Counted from the first letter of the stretch, positions 40,621 to 50,842 are shown. The stretch is 64,000 nucleotides of DNA from Gammaproteobacteria bacterium (GCA_965221955.1 CBDCTA010000028.1:64001-128000), one strand, 5' to 3'. Numbers and translations are program-made. Notes: a model not told the origin generated them from the sequence alone.

Positions 40621-41160
40621 ATGCTTATGACACCTACTCAAAACGAAGGCGTACTGATCAGTCAGTCAGTCGCAATACTAATTGACGGCAATAATATTGA
40701 GCGCAGCATTCACAATGAGACTGGAGATGAAAACTCCATGCTCAATTTTGACACACTCATTCCTAAACTGTTAGATAACAGAGGTCTAAGCCGATTAATA
40801 TATTTTCGCGAAGGCAAACAAATTTCCCAGAAACTTCAGGAACGGTTACACGAGTTTTATCATGGCTCGGTACGTCCCTGCCATAAAAGTGCCGATATTC
40901 CACTTTCGATTAAAGCCACACAGGTCGCTAGTAAAGTCGACACCATTATTATCATGTCTGGTGACTCAGATTACATAGAGCTAGTACGACATCTAAAATC
41001 TGAGGGGGTACGAGTTGAGATTGCTGCAGTACCCAGTACCACCTCAAAATTATTAATCGACGAAGCAGATCATTTTCATGCTCTTAATAAAGAATATTGG
41101 TTCACCTTGGGCACGAAACGAGGTAAACGTAAATCTAGCCAAAAGAAAAAAAACAAATAA
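40621..41160 (+). CDS. NYN (LabA/DUF88) domain protein
   Basis: IDGNN, SGDSDY, GVRVE, L...AD.F; basic C-terminal tail. Confidence 0.87.
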   Translation: MLMTPTQNEGVLISQSVAILIDGNNIERSIHNETGDENSMLNFDTLIPKLLDNRGLSRLIYFREGKQISQKLQERLHEFYHGSVRPCHKSADIPLSIKATQVASKVDTIIIMSGDSDYIELVRHLKSEGVRVEIAAVPSTTSKLLIDEADHFHALNKEYWFTLGTKRGKRKSSQKKKNK

Positions 41161-41171
41161 CCTCAAGCACC

Positions 41172-41558
41172 CTATTCTGGCTCGCCCTGCCATAACATTT
41201 CATACCCTATTTCATAAGTTTCACTTGCGTAGTTACTTAACGCATCAAATTTTTCTTTAAAGACAGAATCTGCATGTGACTTTTCATGCTGTTCGAATGA
41301 CTGCCAATAAGTAACGATAGCGATGTGATCTTCTGTTTGTTTTTTTGATGCAATAGACCCTTCATCTGATACAAATCCTGAAAATTTATAGACTTGTCCA
41401 CCAATAAAGCCGCCCTTATCATCCCCATATTTATTTTTTACAACATTACACATTTCACCCAAAGCCAGCTGAACATCTACTTCAGAAACGTTATCTTTAA
41501 GTTTAACTACGTTGTATAACATGACACAGCCAAAAGGAATACTGAGTGGATTAAACAT
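41172..41558 (-). CDS. Small dimeric alpha/beta-barrel protein resembling the N-terminal half of sulfur oxygenase reductase
   Basis: GEMCNVV, GFIGGQ, TYWQSFEQHEKSH, YEIGYE; SD AAGGAG. Confidence 0.65.
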   Translation of the reverse strand: MFNPLSIPFGCVMLYNVVKLKDNVSEVDVQLALGEMCNVVKNKYGDDKGGFIGGQVYKFSGFVSDEGSIASKKQTEDHIAIVTYWQSFEQHEKSHADSVFKEKFDALSNYASETYEIGYEMLWQGEPE

Positions 41559-41831
41559 TTATTTTCTCCTTTTAAGTACATATATCCTCCTATATACATG
41601 GCACAAAGTCATGTTAAGAATACTCACATAGAGATAAACTCATCATTAATAGTTATTTGTACTATGATAGTTGCATAAAGATATCATTTACTCCTTTCAT
41701 CCTTCTACTTCTGCTTAAGTTAATTCGCACAAATTAAACTCCATAATCCTGCAATCTCACGCATGCTAGACACATTTTTCCAATAACGGTATGCTGAAAC
41801 TTCCTATATAATAATAGAGTGAGAATTAATC

Positions 41832-42263
41832 ATGGGACTATTTGAATTTGCTAAAGATTTCGGTAAAAAACTATTTGGAATAAAAGACAATCCAGCAGTC
41901 AAAATCAAAGAGCACATATTAGAATCCAATCCTGGGGTAGATCCTCTCGAGGTTGAGTACGATGATGGAAAAGTCACTTTATCTGGCGAATGTTCAAGTC
42001 GAGACGCTTACGAGAAATGCATTCTTCTTGCGGGAAATGTTGAAGGCGTAACAGAGGTATCTGCAGAAAACCTCAACGCTCCTGAACCAGAAATAAAAGT
42101 GGAATATTATGTAATCGAAAGTGGTGACACATTATCAAAGATTGCAAAACAATATTACGGAAATGCAATGGATTATCCAAAGATATTTGAAGCAAATCGT
42201 GAGGTAATTAAAGATCCAGATTTAATTTATCCAGGACAAAAAATTCGCATCCCACTTGAATAA
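41832..42263 (+). CDS. BON-LysM protein (Kbp/YgaU-like)
   Basis: MGLFEFAKDFGKKLF, AGNVEGV, GDTLSKIAK, DPDLIYPGQKIRIP. Confidence 0.92.
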   Translation: MGLFEFAKDFGKKLFGIKDNPAVKIKEHILESNPGVDPLEVEYDDGKVTLSGECSSRDAYEKCILLAGNVEGVTEVSAENLNAPEPEIKVEYYVIESGDTLSKIAKQYYGNAMDYPKIFEANREVIKDPDLIYPGQKIRIPLE

Positions 42264-42271
42264 ACCTCAGC

Positions 42272-42300
42272 AGCCCTTACAAAATCTGTAAGGGCTATTT
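42272..42300 (+). terminator. Probable intrinsic terminator
   Basis: Stem AGCCCTTACA/TGTAAGGGCT followed by ATTT. Confidence 0.6.
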
Positions 42301-42329
42301 ATGCACTCTACTTTTGCAAGAAACACATT

Positions 42330-43070
42330 ATGAAAAAATCTCGGCAAATCCTATTCATCTTTGTATTAGTTTGCCTAATACAAACTGTTCAAAGCCAAGA
42401 AATTAAGTTCTCAAGTGGAAAAAAACAAGTAGCGTTAATTGAACTCTATACTTCACAAGGGTGCAGTAGTTGCCCTCCTGCCGACGAATGGCTAAGTGAT
42501 CTTAAAAATGAGCCTGGCTTATGGGAAGAGTTTGTACCCGTTGCATTTCACGTCGACTATTGGGATTATCTTGGCTGGAAAGATAGCTTTTCTAATGAGA
42601 AGTTTTCCAATCGACAGCGACTTCACAGAGCACAAGGTAATGTAAAAGTCGTTTACACGCCAGGTTTTTTTCTTAATGGAAAAGAATGGAGAACTCGCTT
42701 TGGTCGCAATACTCCTTCGCTAGGCGATAGTAGAGGTACCCTTGAAGCAACACTCAACGGTAGCACCTTAAAAGTTATCTATAACACCACTAACAAACAT
42801 GACTCTATAACATTGAATGTAGGCGTCTTAGGTTTTGGCTATCAGACCCCAATTAATGCAGGTGAAAATTCGAATCGAGTATTGCATGAGGACTTTGTCT
42901 TACTATCGCATTCAAAACACGTAAGTTCCAATCAAGCATGGAAAGTTTCTATGCCTGAAAAAGCTATTCCAAATGCGGATAAATATGGCCTGGCCATATG
43001 GGTAAGCAATGGAGCAGACTTAAAACCATTACAAACTACTGGTGGATGGTTACCAGATAATTATTATTAA
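42330..43070 (+). CDS. DUF1223 thioredoxin-like secreted protein
   Basis: ELYTSQGCSSCPPAD, FHVDYWDYLGWKD, VYTP. Confidence 0.92.
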   Translation: MKKSRQILFIFVLVCLIQTVQSQEIKFSSGKKQVALIELYTSQGCSSCPPADEWLSDLKNEPGLWEEFVPVAFHVDYWDYLGWKDSFSNEKFSNRQRLHRAQGNVKVVYTPGFFLNGKEWRTRFGRNTPSLGDSRGTLEATLNGSTLKVIYNTTNKHDSITLNVGVLGFGYQTPINAGENSNRVLHEDFVLLSHSKHVSSNQAWKVSMPEKAIPNADKYGLAIWVSNGADLKPLQTTGGWLPDNYY

Positions 43071-43079
43071 TTAATATAT

Positions 43080-43304
43080 TTAGTAATGCGGCGGCTTTTC
43101 ATCACCCGCTATGCTATCAGGTAAATTTGCATGCACTTCTTTGAGTTGCTGTTTCAATATTTCACACAGATTAGTTAATTGATCAATTTGGTTTTGTTGA
43201 CTAATTACATGTTTATTAAACTCTTGAATTAAGTCTTCTTGATAAGATATTTTAGTTTCTAACTCAATTATTCGCTCTTCGAAATTTTCACTTTTCATAA
43301 TCAA
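43080..43304 (-). CDS. slyX: SlyX protein
   Basis: RIIELETKISYQE, C-terminal EKPPHY. Confidence 0.92.
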   Translation of the reverse strand: MIMKSENFEERIIELETKISYQEDLIQEFNKHVISQQNQIDQLTNLCEILKQQLKEVHANLPDSIAGDEKPPHY

Positions 43305-44314
43305 TATCCAAAAACGCTTAATGGCGGCTCATTTATCTCGCCTAATTGCTCACGCAAGTCTAGAATATGTTGTTCCCAATATTGCGTAGTATTAAACCAA
43401 GGAAAGGCACGCGGAAAGGCTGGATCATCCCAACGCTTGGCTAACCACGCACTGAAATACATGATGCGCAAGGTTCTCAGCGACTCAATATATTTGAGTT
43501 GTTGTAATGGAAATTCTGCAAATTCATTATAACCTTCTATAATTTCGTTTAACTGTGCAGTTTGTCTTGCACGATCACCAGATAACAACATCCACACATC
43601 TTGAATTGCTGGCGCCATTCTTGAGTCGTCAAAATCAATAAAATGTGGCGCTTCATCACGCCATAAAATATTCCCCACATGACAGTCTCCATGTACACGA
43701 ATATATTCTGCATCCTCACCGTCAATATAGATGGTATCTATGACTTTTAATAGCTCACTTACCACAGCTTGATAAGAAGCACGAATATGCCCAGGCATGA
43801 ATTCTTTTTCAATTAAGGCTGCACTTTCGTGCCCGTAATGCTTACATGTGATTGTGGGGCGATGCTGAAACTTTTGCGTTGCCGCAATCGCATGCATACG
43901 ACCTAAGAACCGCCCCAAAATAAATAGATTATCTAAATTATCCAACTCAGGTGCGTGACCACCTTTTCTTGGATACAACGCTAAGCGAAAATCACCAAAT
44001 TGAAATAAGGTATCACCATTGATTTTCAAGGGCGGAACTACAGGTAGTTCTTGTTCAACTAATTCAGCACAAAACTGGTGTTCTTCGAGAATTTGCACAT
44101 CACTCCAACGACCCGGGCGGTAAAATTTTGCTATGATAGGTTCGCTATCTTCTATACCAACTTGGTAAACGCGATTTTCGTAGCTATTCAGTGCAAGTAT
44201 TCTCCCATCACTCACATAACCTTGATGATCAACTGCATTTAAAACGAAGCTTGGATTGAGAGCGTCAAATGGATGTTCACAAGTTTCAATCTCTGAATCG
44301 TTTGAGGTATCCAT
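43301..44314 (-). CDS. srkA: Stress response kinase SrkA/RdoA
   Basis: LNSYENRVY, KFYRPGRW, HGDCH.GN, DFDD, RWDDPAFP. Confidence 0.94.
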   Translation of the reverse strand: MDTSNDSEIETCEHPFDALNPSFVLNAVDHQGYVSDGRILALNSYENRVYQVGIEDSEPIIAKFYRPGRWSDVQILEEHQFCAELVEQELPVVPPLKINGDTLFQFGDFRLALYPRKGGHAPELDNLDNLFILGRFLGRMHAIAATQKFQHRPTITCKHYGHESAALIEKEFMPGHIRASYQAVVSELLKVIDTIYIDGEDAEYIRVHGDCHVGNILWRDEAPHFIDFDDSRMAPAIQDVWMLLSGDRARQTAQLNEIIEGYNEFAEFPLQQLKYIESLRTLRIMYFSAWLAKRWDDPAFPRAFPWFNTTQYWEQHILDLREQLGEINEPPLSVFGY

Positions 44315-44372
44315 CGCGTTACGTTAGCTGATTATGGCAATACACGCTAACTTAATTAATCCAATAACTCTC

Positions 44373-44747
44373 TTAAGCCAATAAATCATGAAGATATGCT
44401 TGAATATCTTTATCCCCTGCCCGCCATTTTTTAACCACTTCTTTTCCTGCTTGCATACAATCTTGTCCAAATTCTCTTTTAGTAAATTCATCACGAGTAC
44501 GGTCAACAATCGTATGCGCCTGCTCGGCACGCAAACCGCCACCCATTAGATAGCGCAAATATATGTCATCTTCGTGGACCTCATGGTCAGTAGACAATTC
44601 TATAATTAAGCTGTAAGTAAACACTGAAATCATTTTGCGCACATCACGGACTTTTTCTTCACTAGGAATGGGCAAATCCTTTGTAGCAACCTGCAAAATA
44701 TCATGCGTCTGACTACAAAGCTCTTCTAAAATATGAATCTCAGCCAT
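44373..44747 (-). CDS. Hypothetical protein
   Basis: 124-aa ORF between rapA and srkA, same strand, close spacing. Confidence 0.7.
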   Translation of the reverse strand: MAEIHILEELCSQTHDILQVATKDLPIPSEEKVRDVRKMISVFTYSLIIELSTDHEVHEDDIYLRYLMGGGLRAEQAHTIVDRTRDEFTKREFGQDCMQAGKEVVKKWRAGDKDIQAYLHDLLA

Positions 44748-44753
44748 CGCTTA

Positions 44754-47645
44754 CTAACGGCGCGATACCGCAACGCGTATTGCGTCTAACTTCAATTGTG
44801 CATGTTGCATATATTCTTCTACTTGTACTTTAGTTGCTTCTAGGTAATCAATTTCTTCTTGGCGAATATTAGGATTTACTTTAGATAATGAAATTAACCG
44901 CTGTAATTCTGAATCTTGTTTTGCCAGCATAGCTTGAGATGCTTGTGTGATAATATCTGCCATTTCGGCTTCTGCCATTGTAGTTGCATGTTCTATTAAT
45001 TCGCTAATTTGTTGACGTGCATGTCGAATAATATTTTGCCCAATATTTTTCTTTACGCGCTCAGCCAAACGATCTACATGCTCCGTTGTGAGCACTTTAC
45101 CTAAATCATTATGGCTTTGATCAATCAAGATACGAATAACAGCTTGAGGAAAATAGTTGTCGATTCGTAACACTTGTGGAGCGGCACATTGAATAGTAAA
45201 AACACATTCAAGCAAAATCGTACTGGGCTTTAATGATTGCAACTTGAGAGTGCATAGAGTCGCATTGCCAAAATCACTGGAAAGAATCATATCCATGCTT
45301 CCCATCACCATAGGGTGTTCCCAAGTATGGAATTGCATATCTTCCCGCACCAATGCTTTACCTCGATCATAAGTTGCCGTTAGACCATCCTCAGGCAAAC
45401 CCGGAAAACTATGGCCATGCATATGATCACCTGGTTGTAACACTACACTGTGCAAACTATGATATTGTTGTTCAACGCCAAATTGGTCACACACACGTTC
45501 CATATAATCTGCCAACTCTAATTGGTCCGTTGCATTCAATATATCTTCAACTACTTCTGCAGCCTGCTCTGGATTACAAGAGTTTAACTCTAACAAACGA
45601 TCCCTACCTTTCTGTAAAGTTTGTTGCATCTCTTTAGCTTTGGCTTTTGTCTCATCTATCAACTGCTCAAAGAGTTGATCACTCTTTTGTCCTAATAAAC
45701 ACTCTTGTAAACGTTCTGCATAAATTTGATAAATAGCTTGCCCAATTGAACATACTTGACGAAATGCATTCAGACCCTCATCGTACCAACGCAATAATTT
45801 TTCTTGAGCACTGTTTTGATAATAGGGAACATGGATTTGTACTGTATGCATTTGTCCAATTCGATCTAAACGCCCAATGCGTTGCTCAAGCAAGTCTGCA
45901 TTAATGGGTAAATCAAATAAAACCAAATGATGTGCAAACTGAAAGTTACGCCCTTCACTACCAATCTCAGAACAAATGAGTACTTGAGCACCCTCTTCCA
46001 TATCTGAGAAATATGCCGCTGCACGATCTCTGGCAATTAAATCTAAATTTTCATGAAATACCGCTGAACGAATCGCATAGTGCTGTTGTAAATAGCTCTC
46101 TAACTCACTTGCAGTACTTCCTCGCGCGCAAATTACTAGCACTTTCTTATCACGATTTTCTAACAACCACCTAGCTAACCACGATACTCGTGTGTCTAAC
46201 TCCAACCAATCAACGCCTAATTGAGTTTCAGTCTGCAAACAAGAGGTCAATACCTCATCACCTTTCTCTTGAAGATTTTTATTAGGAATGATTTCAATGA
46301 TTCTTTCAGGTTGTTCAAGAGCATGTTTATGCAATTCACGTTGTGGAAAACCTTCCACCGCATCACGTGTGTTACGAAATAGCACACGTCCTGTTCCATG
46401 ACGATCTAAAATCGTTTGAATCATTTCATCGATAATTTGTTTTACACCCCCTTTACTTTGTAATGCAGACTTAAAATTGTTTGCAGCTACATCACCTAAA
46501 AATACAGCTATTTCATCTATCAAACCTGTTTTTAACAGCATCTCTTCAGAATTTTCAGTAGCTAATATCTTTTGTACTAACTCATTTACAGGTTTATAGC
46601 TTTTCTCTTCTTCTCGATATTTGTCTAAATCATAGTAGCGGTCAGGATCTAATAACCGTAATCGAGCAAAATGTCCGTCTATACCTAATTGCTCAGGCGT
46701 TGCAGTTAATAGTAATAATCCCACAACGTTACGCGCCAAGGTTTCAATACATCGATATGCATCGCTTACATGGTCTTTTGACCAAGTGAGATGATGTGCT
46801 TCATCAACAACCAATAAATCCCATTCAACAGAAAGTGACTGTTCAAAACGTTCAGCGTTTTCAGTTATAAATGAAAGTGCACATAACACACATTGCGCGG
46901 ACTCAAATGGATTTCCATGTTCAGCTTCCTCAAGTGCTTGGCAACGCTCTTCATCGAGGATCGTAAATTGCAAATTGAAACGCCGCGACATTTCCACCAG
47001 CCATTGATGTACCAAACTATCTGGAACAACAATCAGTACTCTACTTGCTGCGCCGGTAATCAATTGCTGATGTAAAATTAATCCCGCTTCGATAGTTTTC
47101 CCCAAACCCACTTCATCTGCTAATAACACTCTTGGTGCATATCGTTTAGCAACTTGTGAAGCAATATAGAGCTGATGCGGAAGCAATTGAACACGCGGGC
47201 CAAGTAATCCATAACATGGGGATTTTTGTAGACGATGCTGATGATGTATTGTTTCAACCCGTAGCGCAAAGTTTTTAATTTTATCGATTTGCCCTGCAAA
47301 TAACCGATCTTGAGGTCGGCTGAATTGAACAAAACTTTCTAGATCAATTTCTTCAATACTATGTTGGTTCCCACATTCGTCGGAACCTTGATAAATTAAA
47401 TAGCCACCTTGCTCTACAACCTCTGTAACAGTAAGACTGACACCGTCAGCGTTACTGATTTTCTCTCCCACTGTATAGTGAATGCGGCTAAGTGGAGCAT
47501 TATCTAAAGCATAGGTTCTACGTTCACCTACTGCTGGAAAACTGACTGTTACACGCCGATTGGCAGTATCCATAACAATACCTAGACCAAGCTCTGACTC
47601 CGTATTACTAACCCAACGTTGCCCAGGTACAAATTGAATATCCAT
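44754..47645 (-). CDS. rapA: RNA polymerase-associated SWI2/SNF2 protein RapA
   Basis: GQRWVSNTESELGLG, LADEVGLGKT, DEAHH, SEGRNFQ, QRIGRLDRIGQ. Confidence 0.97.
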   Translation of the reverse strand: MDIQFVPGQRWVSNTESELGLGIVMDTANRRVTVSFPAVGERRTYALDNAPLSRIHYTVGEKISNADGVSLTVTEVVEQGGYLIYQGSDECGNQHSIEEIDLESFVQFSRPQDRLFAGQIDKIKNFALRVETIHHQHRLQKSPCYGLLGPRVQLLPHQLYIASQVAKRYAPRVLLADEVGLGKTIEAGLILHQQLITGAASRVLIVVPDSLVHQWLVEMSRRFNLQFTILDEERCQALEEAEHGNPFESAQCVLCALSFITENAERFEQSLSVEWDLLVVDEAHHLTWSKDHVSDAYRCIETLARNVVGLLLLTATPEQLGIDGHFARLRLLDPDRYYDLDKYREEEKSYKPVNELVQKILATENSEEMLLKTGLIDEIAVFLGDVAANNFKSALQSKGGVKQIIDEMIQTILDRHGTGRVLFRNTRDAVEGFPQRELHKHALEQPERIIEIIPNKNLQEKGDEVLTSCLQTETQLGVDWLELDTRVSWLARWLLENRDKKVLVICARGSTASELESYLQQHYAIRSAVFHENLDLIARDRAAAYFSDMEEGAQVLICSEIGSEGRNFQFAHHLVLFDLPINADLLEQRIGRLDRIGQMHTVQIHVPYYQNSAQEKLLRWYDEGLNAFRQVCSIGQAIYQIYAERLQECLLGQKSDQLFEQLIDETKAKAKEMQQTLQKGRDRLLELNSCNPEQAAEVVEDILNATDQLELADYMERVCDQFGVEQQYHSLHSVVLQPGDHMHGHSFPGLPEDGLTATYDRGKALVREDMQFHTWEHPMVMGSMDMILSSDFGNATLCTLKLQSLKPSTILLECVFTIQCAAPQVLRIDNYFPQAVIRILIDQSHNDLGKVLTTEHVDRLAERVKKNIGQNIIRHARQQISELIEHATTMAEAEMADIITQASQAMLAKQDSELQRLISLSKVNPNIRQEEIDYLEATKVQVEEYMQHAQLKLDAIRVAVSRR

Positions 47646-47837
47646 CTTTGCCTTAGAAAGTATTAATTTCTGACTAAAAAACCAAACAAATTAAACAGCT
47701 TGAGCGCGCGCCTCAAACTGTAATCTAATATTATTTAAACAGGTTTGGAAATAGAAAAATGTATTACTATCGAGTAATAGCTTCTAAGGAAATATAAATC
47801 TAGAACGTTAAAAACGCTTTATTTTATAATCAAGCAA

Positions 47838-48002
47838 TTAGCTTGAAATTGCTTTATAAAATTGCTCTTCAGAGATTTCTTTACGATCAAAATAAAGTCG
47901 AAATAACTGCTTAGAACGTTGATCATTATTAACAATTTTCTTTAGAAAATTACGCATTAATATTGATCTATCTTCAGCCTCTAGAGGTATAGCACTTGAC
48001 AT
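47838..48002 (-). CDS. Small hypothetical protein (54 aa), not in the ORF track
   Basis: MSSAIPLEAEDRSILMRNFLKKIVNNDQRSKQLFRLYFDRKEISEEQFYKAISS; GGAG 8 nt before ATG. Confidence 0.55.
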   Translation of the reverse strand: MSSAIPLEAEDRSILMRNFLKKIVNNDQRSKQLFRLYFDRKEISEEQFYKAISS

Positions 48003-48165
48003 AACTCAAACTCCATTTGAGCATATGAGAGAAGATTTTAAATTACCCTATATCACTTTATATTGAAGCCCTTGCAGGGGCTAAATGACAAGATTTACCG
48101 ACAAAAAAGCGGCCGGAGACCTAGCCGCTGATACCAAAAGACAGGTCTAATTATGGATTACAAGA

Positions 48166-48927
48166 TTAGTTATAATTGCAGAAAACCGCTTTAGGGAATT
48201 TTTGGCAATAACGCTGCGTAAACGTTCTACATTCATTAGTATCGGGATTCTTTTTACAGTTTGCAGCAATTTTTGCTTTTTTACATTTATACGCATTTGG
48301 AAAAATACCACAAAATCGATCAAACTTTTCTAATTCACTCTTGCAGTCTATTGATTGAGGGTCTTTTCTACACAAGCTTAAATATTTTGACAGTAAGCAC
48401 TCCCTTGCATAGGGGTTCTGCTGACAAAAAACGGGCCCTGACACCGCGTTGGCAGCAGTACCTGTTTGTGTAATTTGTACATCGGGTGCTTCAATCACTA
48501 CTATTTCACTCTCATCCGGTTCAAGTTCAATAACCTCAAAATCCTCTTGCACCTCGGCATGCTCACTTCGTGCAGGTGTCTCATTATTTGTGGCTACTCT
48601 ATCGTTGATACTATTATCAGAGCGTGCTTCTGTAGATGCATGTGTCGTTTGCTCAGCCGGCACCACTTCATATAACTCACTGCCATCAGCCGTCTCTACT
48701 CTTCGATACTTAACCGTTTGAGGTTGGAGCACTTCATGACTTTGACCATTCTCATCGATGACAACCTCCACAGGTTGACCAATAATCGTGTCTGAATTTG
48801 AGATTTGTGTACTACTTGTACCTGGTAAATCCTCTAAATAGGCATCCAAAAGTTCTGCTTCTTCAGCAAACGCCCACGTTGATAATACGAACAAAAAGGA
48901 ACACAGAAACACGTATACGTTTTTCAT
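48166..48927 (-). CDS. Secreted protein with acidic linker and Cys-rich C-terminal repeats
   Basis: Signal peptide (AFA), five CxxxPxxxxC units; ATG at 48927 after AGGTGG. Confidence 0.78.
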   Translation of the reverse strand: MKNVYVFLCSFLFVLSTWAFAEEAELLDAYLEDLPGTSSTQISNSDTIIGQPVEVVIDENGQSHEVLQPQTVKYRRVETADGSELYEVVPAEQTTHASTEARSDNSINDRVATNNETPARSEHAEVQEDFEVIELEPDESEIVVIEAPDVQITQTGTAANAVSGPVFCQQNPYARECLLSKYLSLCRKDPQSIDCKSELEKFDRFCGIFPNAYKCKKAKIAANCKKNPDTNECRTFTQRYCQKFPKAVFCNYN

Positions 48928-49113
48928 ATAAACCACCTGCCTGGAATGATAAATACCTTACTTATTGTACCCTTATTTATAGAATTTCATCAAATACTAC
49001 ATATCTATTGCTATAAATTTTTGAAGCCGAGTATTTAATAAGACTACACCCATTGAAAAGGTTCATAATAAGCAAATCGCCTATCCACTATATTAAAAAT
49101 ATGGAGTTTAAAT

Positions 49114-49635
49114 ATGAATAAATATTTAATAGTTTTTTGGGCGGCACTCATCATGCCTTGGTCAATTACTTTTTCTGAGGAACCCAAACACCAAGCACAG
49201 CCCGCGCCCATGGCACTTAAGCACTTTATTGCGCTTGAAGGTGAATGGTTAGGCACACATATCAATCACGAAGGTGAAGAAGAAAAAGTCAATTTGATTT
49301 ATCGCACTGTGTCTGGTGGTACTGCAGTAGAAGAAAGAATATTTGCAAACACACCAAAAGAAATGGTCACCATGTATCACGGTGATCAAGATGGATTACT
49401 CATGACCCACTACTGCATGCTTGGTAATCAACCTCGATTAAAGCTTGAAAATACACACGAAAACACTTTTAAATTTACTTATCTTGATGGAGTTGGCATA
49501 GACAAGGAAACCACTGGGCATATGGGAAGCATGAAAATGACCATTCTTGATGAAAATACTTTTGAACAAGAATGGGCATATTACGAAAATGGTGAAAAAC
49601 AAAACTCCGCAACATTCACTTTCACAAGAAAGTAA
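49114..49635 (+). CDS. Secreted hypothetical protein, probable beta-barrel
   Basis: Signal peptide; LEGEW.G, EMVTMYH, THYCMLGNQPR. Confidence 0.75.
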   Translation: MNKYLIVFWAALIMPWSITFSEEPKHQAQPAPMALKHFIALEGEWLGTHINHEGEEEKVNLIYRTVSGGTAVEERIFANTPKEMVTMYHGDQDGLLMTHYCMLGNQPRLKLENTHENTFKFTYLDGVGIDKETTGHMGSMKMTILDENTFEQEWAYYENGEKQNSATFTFTRK

Positions 49636-49659
49636 AAATTTTTCTAATGATCTATCGTT

Positions 49660-50127
49660 TTAGTGCAATAACGAAAATCTTGCGATCTTAGGCTCCACTA
49701 AACTCATATAGTCCTGATAAGAAATTTTAACGAGCTCAGTATGCGAACCCGCATTAAATGCAATTTCTTTATCATTTAGCAAGCATTCCTCTACATAAAC
49801 ATCCATTTGATACAAATTACCAAAGGGTGGCATCGCACCTGTATCACAACCAGGGAAAAAACCTCTAAAATCATCCTCTGAGGCAAGCTCTACTTTTTTA
49901 GCTCCAGTTACCTGCTTCAAAAGTCCCAGATGAACCCTGTATTGTGCAGGTAATACAGTCATTACCATTTTATCGTCGACTTTAACAATTACTGTTTTTG
50001 CGAATTCAAGCCCAGGAATATGTGCCGACGCCGCAGTTTCTTGTGCCGTATAAGTCGTAGGATGTGGGATGGTAATGTAGTGGATATGCTTATTACATAG
50101 CAGATCAGTAAGTCTAGTTACCGGCAT
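49660..50127 (-). CDS. YbaK/EbsC aminoacyl-tRNA deacylase family protein
   Basis: AKTVIVK, LASE, GAMPPFG, FNAGSH. Confidence 0.92.
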   Translation of the reverse strand: MPVTRLTDLLCNKHIHYITIPHPTTYTAQETAASAHIPGLEFAKTVIVKVDDKMVMTVLPAQYRVHLGLLKQVTGAKKVELASEDDFRGFFPGCDTGAMPPFGNLYQMDVYVEECLLNDKEIAFNAGSHTELVKISYQDYMSLVEPKIARFSLLH

Positions 50128-50165
50128 AATTACCTCCTCATGTTATTATCCAAATTAGCTTTAAT

Positions 50166-50483
50166 TTATGCTTCGTGCAAATGTCTTACTTTATCTATAG
50201 ATTCAACATCTACTACATTAAAGGAACAGGTGCCTTTATTCTTTAATAAATTTGTATCACATCGAAGCTCAATAAACCCATCTTCTAGTAATCGATCATC
50301 CGTTTGAAAATACCAGCGGTAAGCAGAAAGTGTATGCGCTGTAAGGCCATTCTCTTCAGCAAACTTTTCAACAAATTCGTTGGCTTCTTTTTCGATATCG
50401 CGGACTGGATGTTCTAGAAAATGCTCGGTTTTAGCTTTGTACATTAAGCCAGAGCAGATATGTTTAATGTTATCAGTTTGCAT
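50166..50483 (-). CDS. Hypothetical protein
   Basis: 105 aa with SD AGGAGG. Confidence 0.7.
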   Translation of the reverse strand: MQTDNIKHICSGLMYKAKTEHFLEHPVRDIEKEANEFVEKFAEENGLTAHTLSAYRWYFQTDDRLLEDGFIELRCDTNLLKNKGTCSFNVVDVESIDKVRHLHEA

Positions 50484-50708
50484 GGCACGCCTCCTGATTG
50501 TTGTAGTTAATAATAAAAAGTATACGCCTTAGATACTAGCGAATACAGTATTGCTACAATCTAATTAATTAATGAGAAGTATTGAAATAATAGATAAATC
50601 TCCATGCTTACTTATAAATTTTCAACATGTTTTTTATAAATAATTTCATATGCCAAGCCGGTGAATATCGTAGTACATTAGAAGCAGTCTAAAGCGAGGG
50701 CTACTGTT

Positions 50709-50807
50709 ATGGATAAAGATGAATATAAGAAATACGATATGATCGCGCTCATAGTAGGCGTTGTGCTTGTATTATATGCACTTATTATGGCTTTCGTCTT
50801 TCCGTAA
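50709..50807 (+). CDS. Small single-TM protein (32 aa), not in the ORF track
   Basis: MDKDEYKKYDMIALIVGVVLVLYALIMAFVFP; GAGGGG 8 nt upstream. Confidence 0.6.
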   Translation: MDKDEYKKYDMIALIVGVVLVLYALIMAFVFP

Positions 50808-50842
50808 AAGCGTAAATAACCCACAACTAAAGCTAGTTCGTT

